Of a stretch of DNA of 10,663 bases, positions 1 through 8,672 are shown piece by piece. The stretch's first letter is position 1. Every line of letters begins with the position of its first letter. This DNA is from Prasinococcaceae sp. CCMP 1430. Taxonomy: Eukaryota > Plantae > Prasinodermophyta. The notes under the pieces were generated by a model. That model did no database searches and had not been told where the DNA came from. It saw only the letters and a program-made list of their open reading frames with translations. The translations under genes and the position numbers were made by a program. The DNA is taken from positions 106,016 through 116,678 of the forward strand of contig RQSC01000030.1 of NCBI GenBank assembly GCA_013416795.1, in the 5' to 3' direction.

Positions 1-45
1 GCTGCGGCGGGGGGCGGGGGGCGGGGAAGGCGCGCGGCGACGGCG

Positions 46-1085
46 ATGGCGAAGGCGACGGGGCGCCGCTCGCCGCGGTCGACGTGGCTGCTGGCGCTGC
101 TGGCGCTGATTGCGCTCGCGGCGGCGCTCGCGCAGCGCGCGGCCGCGCAGGACGAGGCCGACTTCGACTTTGACGACGACAGCAACGACATTGGCGCGGA
201 CGCCGGGTCCTTCTCGGAGGAGCAGGGCGGCGAGGACGAGGTTCAGCCGCAGTTGCTCGCGCTCATGATCGGGGCGCACGAGGGCAACGTCGAGGGCGTC
301 CGCGAGGTCCGCCGAGCGCGCGAGAGAGAAAGCGCTCGCGGACGCTGCGGACTGCGGACCTCGCCTCGCGCGCCCACGCCGACCTTGGCTGGCAGCGCGC
401 GTTGCGTGCACTGCTATTAGGCACGCGCTCTGACACAATCGGCCCTGCGCAACTGCACCCCGCGCGCCTGTCGCAGGTCCTTGACACTTCTGCCCTGGGC
501 CCGGATGCCGTTGTGGATGCGAAGGGCTTCACGCCGCTGATGGCTGCGGTCGCACATGGCCACTCGGAGGTCGCGCTTCTCCTTATAGAGCGCGGCGCTG
601 CGGTGAGTTCGCGCCTGTGCACGCTCTTACGCCTGGCCTGCGCACATGTGCACGGCGGCCGCTGACCTGTTCGTTCGGTGCCGACCCCCGCCCACAGGTC
701 AATTACATCTGCCAAGTGCCGGGCGGCGGCTGCTACGGCCAGTCGGCGATTCACTTCGCCGCGATGACTGGCCAGGCCGACGTCATCAAAAAGCTGATCG
801 CGGCCGGCGCCGACGTCAATGCTTCCGTGCTCGGAGAGTGGGACCCGACCTCAGAGGATTCCATGGCTGGGGGGTTCCAGCCGCTGCAGGTGAGTGCTTG
901 CGACAGATCGCGTGCGCAGCACGCCCCTCGCCCCTCGCCGTGCGAGCGGTCGGGTGCGCGCGTGTGGAGAAGCGCACAGGGTAGCTCGCAAGGACATGCG
1001 TGCGCGCGCTGACACATTACGTGGCACCCCCCCCTCCTGCGCTCAGGCCCCCCTTCCCCCGCTGCTCCAAGACCTCCGCCCCAGC

Positions 1086-1118
<33 letters not shown>

Positions 1119-1596
1119 TGCGCACGCGACCGCAGCTGGCGGTGGGCGAGAACAAGCTCAGCGCTGTCAACGCACTCCTCGAGGCGGGCGCAGATACCTC
1201 GCACACCGTGTCGAACAGGGGCTACACTGCCCTGGACGTGGTACGTGCCGCGGATGCACCTGCACAGCGTCTATCCCTCCCTTGCCGGGCTCCCCTGACA
1301 CAAAGCACGCATGCTGCGCGCACGTCCAATGCCTCGCTCCCTTTGGCGCACCTGCGCACGTGCACGTCTGGTAGGCCCTGCGCATGGATTTCGAAGAGAT
1401 CTCGAGGGTGCTGCTGGCGGTGGACGCCCCCACCAGCATGCAGATGTCCAACATGGGGAAAGACGACATTTCGGACGCCGTCCTGGGCGGCGGCGCGGTT
1501 ATCGTTGTCGCCGTCGCGCTTGTGGTAGCCGGCAAGCTGGGCTACGGCCCGCTCGTCAACAAAGGGGGGAAGAAGAAGAAGAGGAAGACACGGTGA
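46..1596 (+). CDS. Ankyrin-repeat type I membrane protein (signal peptide, acidic linker, ~5 ANK repeats, C-terminal TM helix, basic tail); exons 46-306, 477-602, 698-889, 1136-1240, 1375-1596; 301 aa
   Basis: Four GT..AG introns, all phase 0 (307-476 GTCCGC..GCAG, 603-697 GTGAGT..ACAG, 890-1135 GTGAGT..GCAG, 1241-1374 GTACGT..GTAG), each containing CTGAC (430, 662, 1009, 1295). Splicing joins ORF-track fragments into continuous ANK motifs: FTPLMAAVAHGHSEVALLLIERGAAVN, QSAIHFAAMTGQADVIKKLIAAGADVN, FQPLQLAVGENKLSAVNALLEAGADTS, YTALDVALRMDFEEISRVLL. Hydrophobic N-terminus WLLALLALIALAAALA; TM AVLGGGAVIVVAVALVVAG (~1477-1533); TGA at 1594-1596. Confidence 0.85.
1087..1117. repeat. C31 homopolymer in intron 3 of the ankyrin gene
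   Basis: Counted directly; lies between the CTGAC at 1009 and the acceptor AG at 1134-1135. Homopolymer length may be mis-sequenced. Confidence 0.9.
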
Positions 1597-1922
1597 CGAC
1601 TTCCTTTGACGGTCTAATCCATGGTCTAATCCGGGCCTAGCAAGCTGCAGTATCGGCCGAGCTGCTGCTGCCTACGTAGCAGAGCTAGAATCGCATGCAT
1701 GCAGCTCCCGGCACGCGCGCGCGCGCGCACGCACACACGCACGGGCAGACACCAGTGCTCGGCTCTGTCGATGTATCAACAAATGATTTGAGTCGAATGC
1801 CTGAAGCTAGCTAGATAGTCTAATGTTGCGCGCCATCTCTTTCCGCGCGCATCGGTGCCTCCCCGGACACCGCCCCTGTTGCCACCGCCGCTGCACCACT
1901 CGACGCGTGGACAGGCGGCTCG

Positions 1923-4900
1923 TCAGAATGTTTGCCCCACGTTTTCGGCGCGGAAAGTCATCGGAGGCAGCTGCCTTGTCTGCTGCAACGGCTGCAGTTG
2001 CCCGGGCGCGGGCATCGGGGCGACACCCAGTGGCGAGAGCGAGCCGACGGATTGCACGGGCTGCACGGGCTGCACGGGCTGCACGGATTGCACGGGCTGC
2101 ACGGGCTGCACGGGCTGCACGGGCTGCACGGGCTGCACGGGCTGCACGGGCTGCACGGGCTGCATGAGTTGCATGGGCTGCAAGGGCTGTATGGGCTGCA
2201 CGGGCTGCACGGGCTGCATGAGCTGGGCCGGTGGCATGGGATGCATGGGCTGGATGGTCTGGGCATGATGGATAGGCTGCACGAGCTGGCCACCCAACGT
2301 TGGCATGGACGCCTGCAGCAACGGATTCACCCCCGGTGCGGCCGATGACGCCAGCAGCGGCTGCGCGGCCATCAGGGGCGCCATTGGCGGTGCCGACGGA
2401 GCCATCGAGGGCATCGGTGCCATCCCGAGCTGCGCCTGCCCAGGCGAGTTCCTAGACGGCCCCTCGATCCAGCCGTTGTGCACGAACGAGGCAGTGCCAA
2501 GCACGCGGCCTGACGCCTGGTCGATCTTCTTGACGTCGACAGTGGCCACGTGCCACCTGCTCGACGTGCCGGCTCCATCGTGCGCGAGTAGGACGCCAGT
2601 GATCTGCCCCACGTCGCTGCCCTCCGCCGTGAGCTCGTCGGTGTCATGCCGCCCAAATGCGCCCACTGTCTTGGGAAATTTGAAGGCCCTCGTGGTGCCC
2701 TGCGTGCCCTGGAGGGTGACGCTCACGTTGGCTGTCGTGCCGGCTTGTCGCACATCCGAGGTCACGATCGTTATCACGTATCGAGGCTCGGAAGATGGCA
2801 TGCCAGGCGCCTGTTGCTGCAACATGGGTGCACCGAGCGGTGCCATCGATGGCGCATGCTGCAGCACTGGCGAGACCGTCGCTGTGCGCGCAGCAATGAC
2901 ACCTGCAGAGGCTCGCGCGGCGATCTCAGACGACGCAAACGCCGCGGCTTCGGCGTCGCCCGTCACAACGTCACTGCGCTGGGACGGGAGGGCGCGAGAC
3001 GTGCGTCCATCGCCCCTCTTGCTGTCGAGCCACACACCAGCCTGAAAGCTCGTCTCGACCTTCAGGCCTCGATGCGGCATGAATTGCAGGACGTCGGCGC
3101 TCTCCACACGCCAACCAGGCGCGGTTCCGGATCCGTCCTGCGATAGCCGGAGCTCAGTCACGGACGGTCCCACCTCGGGCGCGATCAGCACGAATGTGTC
3201 CAGGCCATCGCGCTCAAATGCCGGCCCTTTTCGAACGAGCTTGAGCACGCCCGTCGTCGCGCCCTCTGCAGACACGATCTCGGCGGTCACATTCGCTGTG
3301 GTGCCCCCGGCGCGCACATCCCCTGTCTTCAGCGACAGCCTGTACTCCGCGCAGCCGGGCGGCACGTCCTTCCCAGATTCGCCCTTCATATCCACAGCCG
3401 CTGGCGCTTTTTTCACGTCCTGCTCCTCCGCCGGCCCCTTTCCTTTCCGGGTGGCCGGCACAGCCGAGGCCGCGTCCTCGACGACGAGCGTGCGCTCATG
3501 GCTGCCAGTCTTCCGAGCGCCGTCGAGCCAGTCGTCGATGCTGAACTCGGCTATCACGGTGGCAGGCTGCTCCTGACCACTTGCGCCATCGCTCGCCTCG
3601 GGCTCCCGCCTCGCCACGGTGAGCTTCTCCACGAACCAGCCAGGGGACTGGCCAGACTGATCGTGCGCCAGCACCACGGAGTAGACCGCTTTCCCGACGT
3701 CTGCACCCATCACAGTCACCACGTCGGTTCTGTCCCGCGTGAACTGCTCCGGCTTCGTGCGAAGGGGCATGGCCTCGGTCGTGCCGCCGGGGCCGACGAT
3801 GGTGAGGCTCGGATTTGCGGTCGTTCCCGCGTGGCGCTTGTCGGCAGTGACAACAGTCACCACGTACTCCACCCCCAACAGAACGTGGGCCCGGCCCATC
3901 GGCACCGTGAGGCCGGGCACGACCGGAGCAGGTGCCAGTGGGGGCGCTGCCCCGGTAAGGCTTAGCTGGCCGTGCTGTACAGTGGCCTGCAACGCAGCCT
4001 CGGCTTCGCGCTGCATGAGCTTCTGTTGCTCCGCCACAAGCTGGGCCTCCTGTTGCATCCAGTCCCTGTGCTGCTCCATGAGCGCGACAACGCGCTCCTC
4101 TTCGGACTTGATCGCAGTGCGTGCTGTCCTGATCGCGGTCTTGGTCTCAGCCACGATCGGTGGCTCCCAGTCCTGCTGAGCGCCCGCCGCCCCGCCGCCG
4201 GTGCCCGCGTCTGCCCAGCGCGCGACCTGCACGCGCGCGCGCGTTGCTTCCTCCGGGCGCGCTCCGCGCACGTCACACGTGAGCAAGCGCGAGGTCGCGC
4301 TGTCCTCCCTGTCCTTGTCGAGCCACCGTCCGCAGTAGAAGGAGCACACGTCACCACTCGTCAGATCCGACACCTCCACGTCCTCGAGCTTCCAACCCGG
4401 AGAGTCGCCCGCGCTGTCGTGGCTCATGCGCAGCATCTGTATCTGCCCTACCGTCGCGGCATCGAATGTGAACGCGCTCGTCGCGCCGAGCGCAAAAGCT
4501 CGCGGCCCGATCGCCGACTCGAGCGGCTGGGCGCCGGTGTCGCCGTCCGAGCCGTAAAGCGTCGCGCTCACATTCGCGCTCGTGCCGGCGCCGGCAGCGG
4601 TCGAGGTGCGCACAATGAGCCTGTAGCGATGGCGCGGCTTCTGTGCGCCGACGCCGGCTAGAAGCTCGCGAGAGGTATCACCTGCACCGCGCTTTGAGTC
4701 GAGCCACTCCCCGCACGGGAAAAGCCAGCTGCGCGCCCCATGCAAATCGCGCACCTCGACCTGATCGAGGTGCCACGCAGGAGCGTAGCCGGAGTCGTCG
4801 TGGGCGATGATGATGCGCTCGAGCTCCCCGACGTCGCGCGCACGCAGCACGAACATGCACGCCGAGCCACGCGCAAAGTCGTCCGGCCCGCTCTCCAACG

Positions 4901-6491
4901 GCAGCGGTCCCTCCTCGGCCTTGCTGCCATTGAGCGTGATGGAAACGCCCGCCGTCGTGCCGGCACCCCGCACGTCCGTGGTCCACACCGTCACACGATA
5001 CTCCGCCGAAGGGGCCTGCGCGGCGGCCGCGGCCGCCAGGGCGGTGCCGCGCTTGTGGAAGGTGCGCTGCGCGCGGCGGCCGCCGGGTTCTGGCGCGAGC
5101 CACGTGTCGACGTCGAACTCGCTGAGCACCTCGTCGACGGCGTCGAGGGACGGCCGCGCGCGCACAATGATGGAGTCGCCGAGCCACGCCGGCGAGAGGC
5201 CTGCCGCGTCATTCCCGACGACGACCGCCAGGAGCTCCCCCACGGGCGCCGCGCGGAAGCTGAACTCCGTCTGGGCGCCAGAGTCGAACGCACCCGCCTC
5301 GAAGGCTGGGTAAAGGCGCTCGGTCTCACCGTCCTCCCCGAGCAACGCGAAGTCGAAAGACGCGTCCGAGCCAGCGCCGCGCACCTCGCTCGTGCGCACG
5401 AGGACGTCATACCACACCATCCCATCGTCCAGGTCGGCAACTTCTCCGGCCGCGTGGAGGCCGCCGTCGCGGGCTGCCTCGTGGGCGCTTCCATCTTCGG
5501 CGCATTCAGCGCCAGGGGCGTCTGCCTCGGTGCGCTCACACTGCTTATCACGCTGCCCATCTAGCGACGGCGACTCGTTCCTGCCAGGGTCTTCCGCCGT
5601 GGCGCTGGCGGGCGCGTCACCTCCGCCACCCTGGACATGCGCGGCGTCATCGGCAGCGACGTCCGGCACTCCGTCGCCGCTCTGCGCACGGACGAGGGCC
5701 GCGCGCGCGGCTGGGGTGTCGCGCACCGCGACAGCTGGCGCGAAGGGCGCTTTTTCTGGTGGTGCCGTCTGGGAGGTAGCCACGCGCTCGTCCTCTGCGG
5801 CGGCCTCCTCAACGTCGGCTCGAAGCGCGTCAAGCGAGCGCTCGACGGCGGCCTCCTCGGCCTCGGCTCGAAGCGCGTCCAGCGAGCGCTCGAGCTCCTC
5901 GCGCTCTGCCGCAATCGCCGCGCGCCGCGCCTCCCAGCGCGCCGTCTCGAGGCGTCGCTCTTCCTGCGCAGCGGTTCGCGCCTCTGCTCGGCGCTCCTCC
6001 TCAGCTGTCCTTTCCTCTTCGGCGGCCTCGACGGCACGCCTCCGACGCTCCGCCGCGGCGGCCGCGGTCACCTGGGCGGCTGCGAGCGCTTCAGCCTCGG
6101 CCTCTGCCCTCTGCAAGGCGAGCAGGGCGCCCGCGGGCATCTCCACGCCGGGGGGAAGCACGAACGAGGCGCCTCCCTCCTCGCGCCAGCCGAGCGCCTC
6201 GAGCGCCTGCCTGCCGCCGTCGAACGCCAGCACCTCGAGCGCGAGGCGCTTCTCTGGCGCGGAGGACACTTGCCGGTACTTCGGGTCCTCGGCGAAGCGC
6301 CCGGCGTTCGACGCGAGCGTTCGCAGCGTCGCGAACGCCCGCGGGGGCGCGCTCGCGGCGATCATCGCGGCCAGCGGGCGCTTGAGCGCCGCCGGCGGCG
6401 GCGCGCCATCGCCTCCGCCCGCGACTTTGCCAGCCTCGCCGCCGCCGCCGCCCGCGCCGGCGCTCGACGCCACGCGCAGGAGCGCGTCCAT
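1923..6491 (-). CDS. PUB-domain, coiled-coil, six-PLAT/LH2-domain protein (LOXHD1-like PLAT array) with Q/P-rich tail; ~1522 aa from ATG 6491; start uncertain
   Basis: One uninterrupted ORF. Six copies of the PLAT signature Y.v.v.T.d...AGT.AnV...l.G..G.....L......F.rg....F......vG.l..i...hD.sG..p.W.l..v.v.......f....Wl. PUB-like [21 protein letters not shown]...[11 protein letters not shown] near the N-terminus. The first 109 codons of the tracked 1631-aa ORF cross poly-G and AT-rich DNA and are treated as non-coding. Confidence 0.85.
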   Translation of the reverse strand: MDALLRVASSAGAGGGGGEAGKVAGGGDGAPPPAALKRPLAAMIAASAPPRAFATLRTLASNAGRFAEDPKYRQVSSAPEKRLALEVLAFDGGRQALEALGWREEGGASFVLPPGVEMPAGALLALQRAEAEAEALAAAQVTAAAAAERRRRAVEAAEEERTAEEERRAEARTAAQEERRLETARWEARRAAIAAEREELERSLDALRAEAEEAAVERSLDALRADVEEAAAEDERVATSQTAPPEKAPFAPAVAVRDTPAARAALVRAQSGDGVPDVAADDAAHVQGGGGDAPASATAEDPGRNESPSLDGQRDKQCERTEADAPGAECAEDGSAHEAARDGGLHAAGEVADLDDGMVWYDVLVRTSEVRGAGSDASFDFALLGEDGETERLYPAFEAGAFDSGAQTEFSFRAAPVGELLAVVVGNDAAGLSPAWLGDSIIVRARPSLDAVDEVLSEFDVDTWLAPEPGGRRAQRTFHKRGTALAAAAAAQAPSAEYRVTVWTTDVRGAGTTAGVSITLNGSKAEEGPLPLESGPDDFARGSACMFVLRARDVGELERIIIAHDDSGYAPAWHLDQVEVRDLHGARSWLFPCGEWLDSKRGAGDTSRELLAGVGAQKPRHRYRLIVRTSTAAGAGTSANVSATLYGSDGDTGAQPLESAIGPRAFALGATSAFTFDAATVGQIQMLRMSHDSAGDSPGWKLEDVEVSDLTSGDVCSFYCGRWLDKDREDSATSRLLTCDVRGARPEEATRARVQVARWADAGTGGGAAGAQQDWEPPIVAETKTAIRTARTAIKSEEERVVALMEQHRDWMQQEAQLVAEQQKLMQREAEAALQATVQHGQLSLTGAAPPLAPAPVVPGLTVPMGRAHVLLGVEYVVTVVTADKRHAGTTANPSLTIVGPGGTTEAMPLRTKPEQFTRDRTDVVTVMGADVGKAVYSVVLAHDQSGQSPGWFVEKLTVARREPEASDGASGQEQPATVIAEFSIDDWLDGARKTGSHERTLVVEDAASAVPATRKGKGPAEEQDVKKAPAAVDMKGESGKDVPPGCAEYRLSLKTGDVRAGGTTANVTAEIVSAEGATTGVLKLVRKGPAFERDGLDTFVLIAPEVGPSVTELRLSQDGSGTAPGWRVESADVLQFMPHRGLKVETSFQAGVWLDSKRGDGRTSRALPSQRSDVVTGDAEAAAFASSEIAARASAGVIAARTATVSPVLQHAPSMAPLGAPMLQQQAPGMPSSEPRYVITIVTSDVRQAGTTANVSVTLQGTQGTTRAFKFPKTVGAFGRHDTDELTAEGSDVGQITGVLLAHDGAGTSSRWHVATVDVKKIDQASGRVLGTASFVHNGWIEGPSRNSPGQAQLGMAPMPSMAPSAPPMAPLMAAQPLLASSAAPGVNPLLQASMPTLGGQLVQPIHHAQTIQPMHPMPPAQLMQPVQPVQPIQPLQPMQLMQPVQPVQPVQPVQPVQPVQPVQPVQSVQPVQPVQPVQSVGSLSPLGVAPMPAPGQLQPLQQTRQLPPMTFRAENVGQTF
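2046..2225. repeat. 9-bp coding minisatellite, 20 units (consensus CACGGGCTG on +), encoding (Q-P/S/L-V/M/I/L)x20
   Basis: Units counted directly; 13 exact CACGGGCTG copies plus variants such as CACGGATTG and CATGAGTTG. Confidence 0.95.
2427..5414 (-). other. Array of six PLAT/LH2 domains (approx. 5414-5055, 5003-4659, 4631-4281, 3869-3483, 3347-2985, 2783-2427)
   Basis: Repeated motifs in the translation, e.g. [44 protein letters not shown] and [39 protein letters not shown]. Confidence 0.9.
5798..5893. repeat. 48-bp tandem duplication (2 units, 44/48 identical) encoding ERSLDALRA(E/D)(A/V)EEAA(V/A) twice
   Basis: Units 5798-5845 and 5846-5893 aligned by eye with 4 mismatches. Confidence 0.9.
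6150..6390 (-). other. PUB (PNGase/UBA or UBX-associated) domain
   Basis: [53 protein letters not shown] matches my recollection of the PUB pattern (tL..l..Ni...P...KYR.i....f...v....gg...L..lGF); no HMM was run. Confidence 0.7.
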
Positions 6492-6603
6492 CAGCTCCTG
6501 CGTATCGCTGCCGCGCCATGCTACAAATCCGAGGAACCCACCCCAGGCGGGGAAGGTGCGTGTGCGTGTGCGTGTGCGTGCGTGTGGAGCCGCAGCGCCC
6601 GCG

Positions 6604-6646
<43 letters not shown>
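6604..6646. repeat. C43 homopolymer (G43 on the sense strand of the PUB-PLAT gene), upstream of its start
   Basis: Counted directly. Confidence 0.9.
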
Positions 6647-6716
6647 ACACACGCCCCGTTCCCCCGCGCGCGCGCGCAGCGGCGGTCAATTCGATTCGCG
6701 CGCTCCCGCCCCGCTT

Positions 6717-6796
6717 GGAATCCCTCAAATAAGGAATCCATTTGATATTAAATAACTTTTTAATATGAAATGGATTCCGTATTGAATATGGATTCC
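6717..6796. repeat. AT-rich imperfect inverted repeat; core 6733-6778 is a 20-bp stem (19/20 paired) with a 6-nt loop; four GGAATCC units
   Basis: GGAATCCATTT-G-ATATTAAA [TAACTT] TTTAATAT-G-AAATGGATTCC; GGAATCC at 6717 and 6733, GGATTCC at 6772 and 6790. Confidence 0.9.
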
Positions 6797-6817
6797 GCGC
6801 GCGCGCGGGGCTGTGCA

Positions 6818-6835
6818 TGCACCGTGCACGGTGCA
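6818..6835. repeat. Perfect 18-bp palindrome TGCACCGTGCACGGTGCA
   Basis: The sequence equals its own reverse complement. Confidence 0.9.
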
Positions 6836-7097
6836 GCGTGCTTTTTTTTTTTGCAGGATTTGTTTTTTAAACGCCGCATCGCATCTGCACCATAAAAAAA
6901 AGGAGGGACGTCGGTGGGGGCGTGGGAGGAGGCAGGGGGCACACAGGAGGCGGGCAGGCTGTGCGCGAGCGGGTGAGGAGGCGCGGCGCGCGGGGGCGAG
7001 CGACGAGGCTCGGGTGGCGCGCAGAGCCATCCCTCCGGAGGTGATAATATACCGACTTTCACATTAATACGCTGTCGCGCGGGCGACTTGGGGACGC

Positions 7098-7702
7098 TTA
7101 GTTGCCCGGCACGAACTGCGTGGCGAACGCGAAGCCGTTGGCGCCCGCGGGGTCCGCGATGTGCGCCTTCCACGCGGCGATGGGGCCCTCACCGGTGGTG
7201 ATGGCCTGCACGTACAGACCCAGCATGCTGACCATGGCGAGGCGGCCGTGCTTGATCTCCTTGACCTTGAGGTCCGCGAGGTCGCCCTCGGACAGGTTCA
7301 GCGGGTCGAAGGAGCCGCCCGGGTAGATGCGCTCGTCGCCGTCCACGGTGCCCGCGGGGCCGGTGCCCGACGCGCGGTACGCCTCGGCGAGCCCCATCAG
7401 CACGACCTGGATGCCCACGGTGGCGAGGACGTTCTGCGCGTGCACCAGCTGCTCGCGGCCGAGGTAGTTCAGGCCGTCCTCCTTGAGGATCTCGGCGCCG
7501 GCGGTGAACCAGCTCTGGCCGAAGATGATCTCCGGCGTGATGCAGCCGAGCAGGCCGAGCATCGCCCAGCGCGCGTGGATGACCTCGGTCTCGCGGAAGC
7601 CCGCGAAGGTCTCGGGGTCGGCCGAGAGGCCGGCCGAGTCCCAGCCGTAGTCACCCGGGTAGGTGCCGTCGAGGTACGCAGGGGGCTCCGGCGAGAGGGG
7701 GC
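7098..7702 (-). CDS. LHCB: LHCII-type chlorophyll a/b-binding protein, exon 3 (last; all three TM helices)
   Basis: [94 protein letters not shown]. Phase-1 acceptor CCCGCAG|GC at 7703/7702; CTGAC at 7762-7758; TAA at 7100-7098. Confidence 0.95.
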
Positions 7703-8289
7703 CTGCGGGCAGCGATTGCGAGCGGCGAAGGGGAGGGGGGGGGGGGGAGAGTGTGGCGTCAGCTCGCTGAGCGCACGCACGCGCGACTGCGCGGTGCAGC
7801 AACATCGCATCTCACGCCGACGGCGGCGCACGGTCGGTCGAGCGCTGCTCGCGGGCGTGGCCGGTCGCAGTCGCTCCCGCGTATGGCGCCGCTGCCGCCA
7901 AGGGGCGCCCGCAACCGCCCGAGCGAAGGCGTCCGAGCTGACAACGGCGCGCAATGGCGTGCATCGACGGCGGCGCCGCGCGCGGACTGGTGCCGCTCTG
8001 CGCCCGCGGCGCGGGCCTTCCGCTACGTCACGCTGCCGCAGGTGGAGAGGTTGTGCGGCGCGGTGGGTGCAACGTCGCCCCGGCACTCGGCAGGTGACCA
8101 ACCACCCAACAGCGGCGAGACGCGCGCGCCCGCAAAGCGCGAGCCATCCCCCAACCCCTGCCCAATCCCCGCGGCCCGCGCCAGCATCGCGCCACCGGCG
8201 CCCGCGCGGACCGCGCGTGGGGCGTGCAGCCACCCGCACCCCTCCCCCCCCACTCCCCGCGCGCGCGTGACCGCGCCCACGAGCGCGCG

Positions 8290-8590
8290 NNNNNNNNNNN
8301 NNNNNNNNNNNNNNNNNNNNNNNNNNNNNNNNNNNNNNNNNNNNNNNNNNNNNNNNNNNNNNNNNNNNNNNNNNNNNNNNNNNNNNNNNNNNNNNNNNNN
8401 NNNNNNNNNNNNNNNNNNNNNNNNNNNNNNNNNNNNNNNNNNNNNNNNNNNNNNNNNNNNNNNNNNNNNNNNNNNNNNNNNNNNNNNNNNNNNNNNNNNN
8501 NNNNNNNNNNNNNNNNNNNNNNNNNNNNNNNNNNNNNNNNNNNNNNNNNNNNNNNNNNNNNNNNNNNNNNNNNNNNNNNNNNNNNNNNNN
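8290..8590. other. Assembly gap (301 N)
   Basis: Run of N; both flanks end in GC-dinucleotide-rich sequence. Confidence 1.
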
Positions 8591-8612
8591 AGCGCGCCGC
8601 GCGCGCGCGTAC

Positions 8613-8672
8613 CGAGGTGCGGCCGGCCTTGGCGGCCACGGCGGCGCCCTTCATGCTGGTGGCGAAGGCCAT
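8613..8672 (-). CDS. LHCB: LHC exon 1 (transit peptide start MAFATSMKGAAVAAKAGRTS)
   Basis: ATG at 8672; Ala/Ser/Lys/Arg-rich with no acidic residues; phase-0 donor TCG|GTACGC at 8612. Confidence 0.8.

Noticed and set aside
603-1374. Introner-like repeated introns (CCTGCGCAC..GTGCACG shared by ankyrin introns 2 and 4)
   Set aside because: The similarity is under 20 nt and made of GCAC/TGCA words common throughout the non-coding DNA; intron lengths and ends differ.
1611-1632. GGTCTAATCC direct repeat after the ankyrin stop, with GTCTAAT(CC) also at 1818 and 10399-10407 (reverse)
   Set aside because: Too short and scattered to support a function; noted only.
2046-2225. CRISPR-like array
   Set aside because: Contiguous 9-bp units with no spacers, in frame within a eukaryotic CDS.
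1823-2348. + strand ORFs resembling a Cys-rich metallothionein or antifreeze protein (CTG)n, a His-rich (GLH)n protein, and (ARA)n
   Set aside because: All three are antisense readings of the same 9-bp repeat that encodes the QPV tail of the long - strand ORF; there is no independent support.
2305-6755. Many long + strand ORFs opposite the PUB-PLAT gene (e.g. 5392-6732, 4740-5564, 2305-3045)
   Set aside because: Expected shadow ORFs in very GC-rich coding DNA; no recognisable motifs.
6492-6818. First 109 aa of the 1631-aa ORF as coding sequence
   Set aside because: It runs through the AT-rich palindrome, G43 and (CACACG)n; it is open by chance in stop-poor DNA.
7703-8289. Missing LHC exon or a separate gene between exon 3 and the gap
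   Set aside because: No YG.DR motif in any - strand translation available; low-complexity and intron-like. The expected exon was found at 10252-10318.
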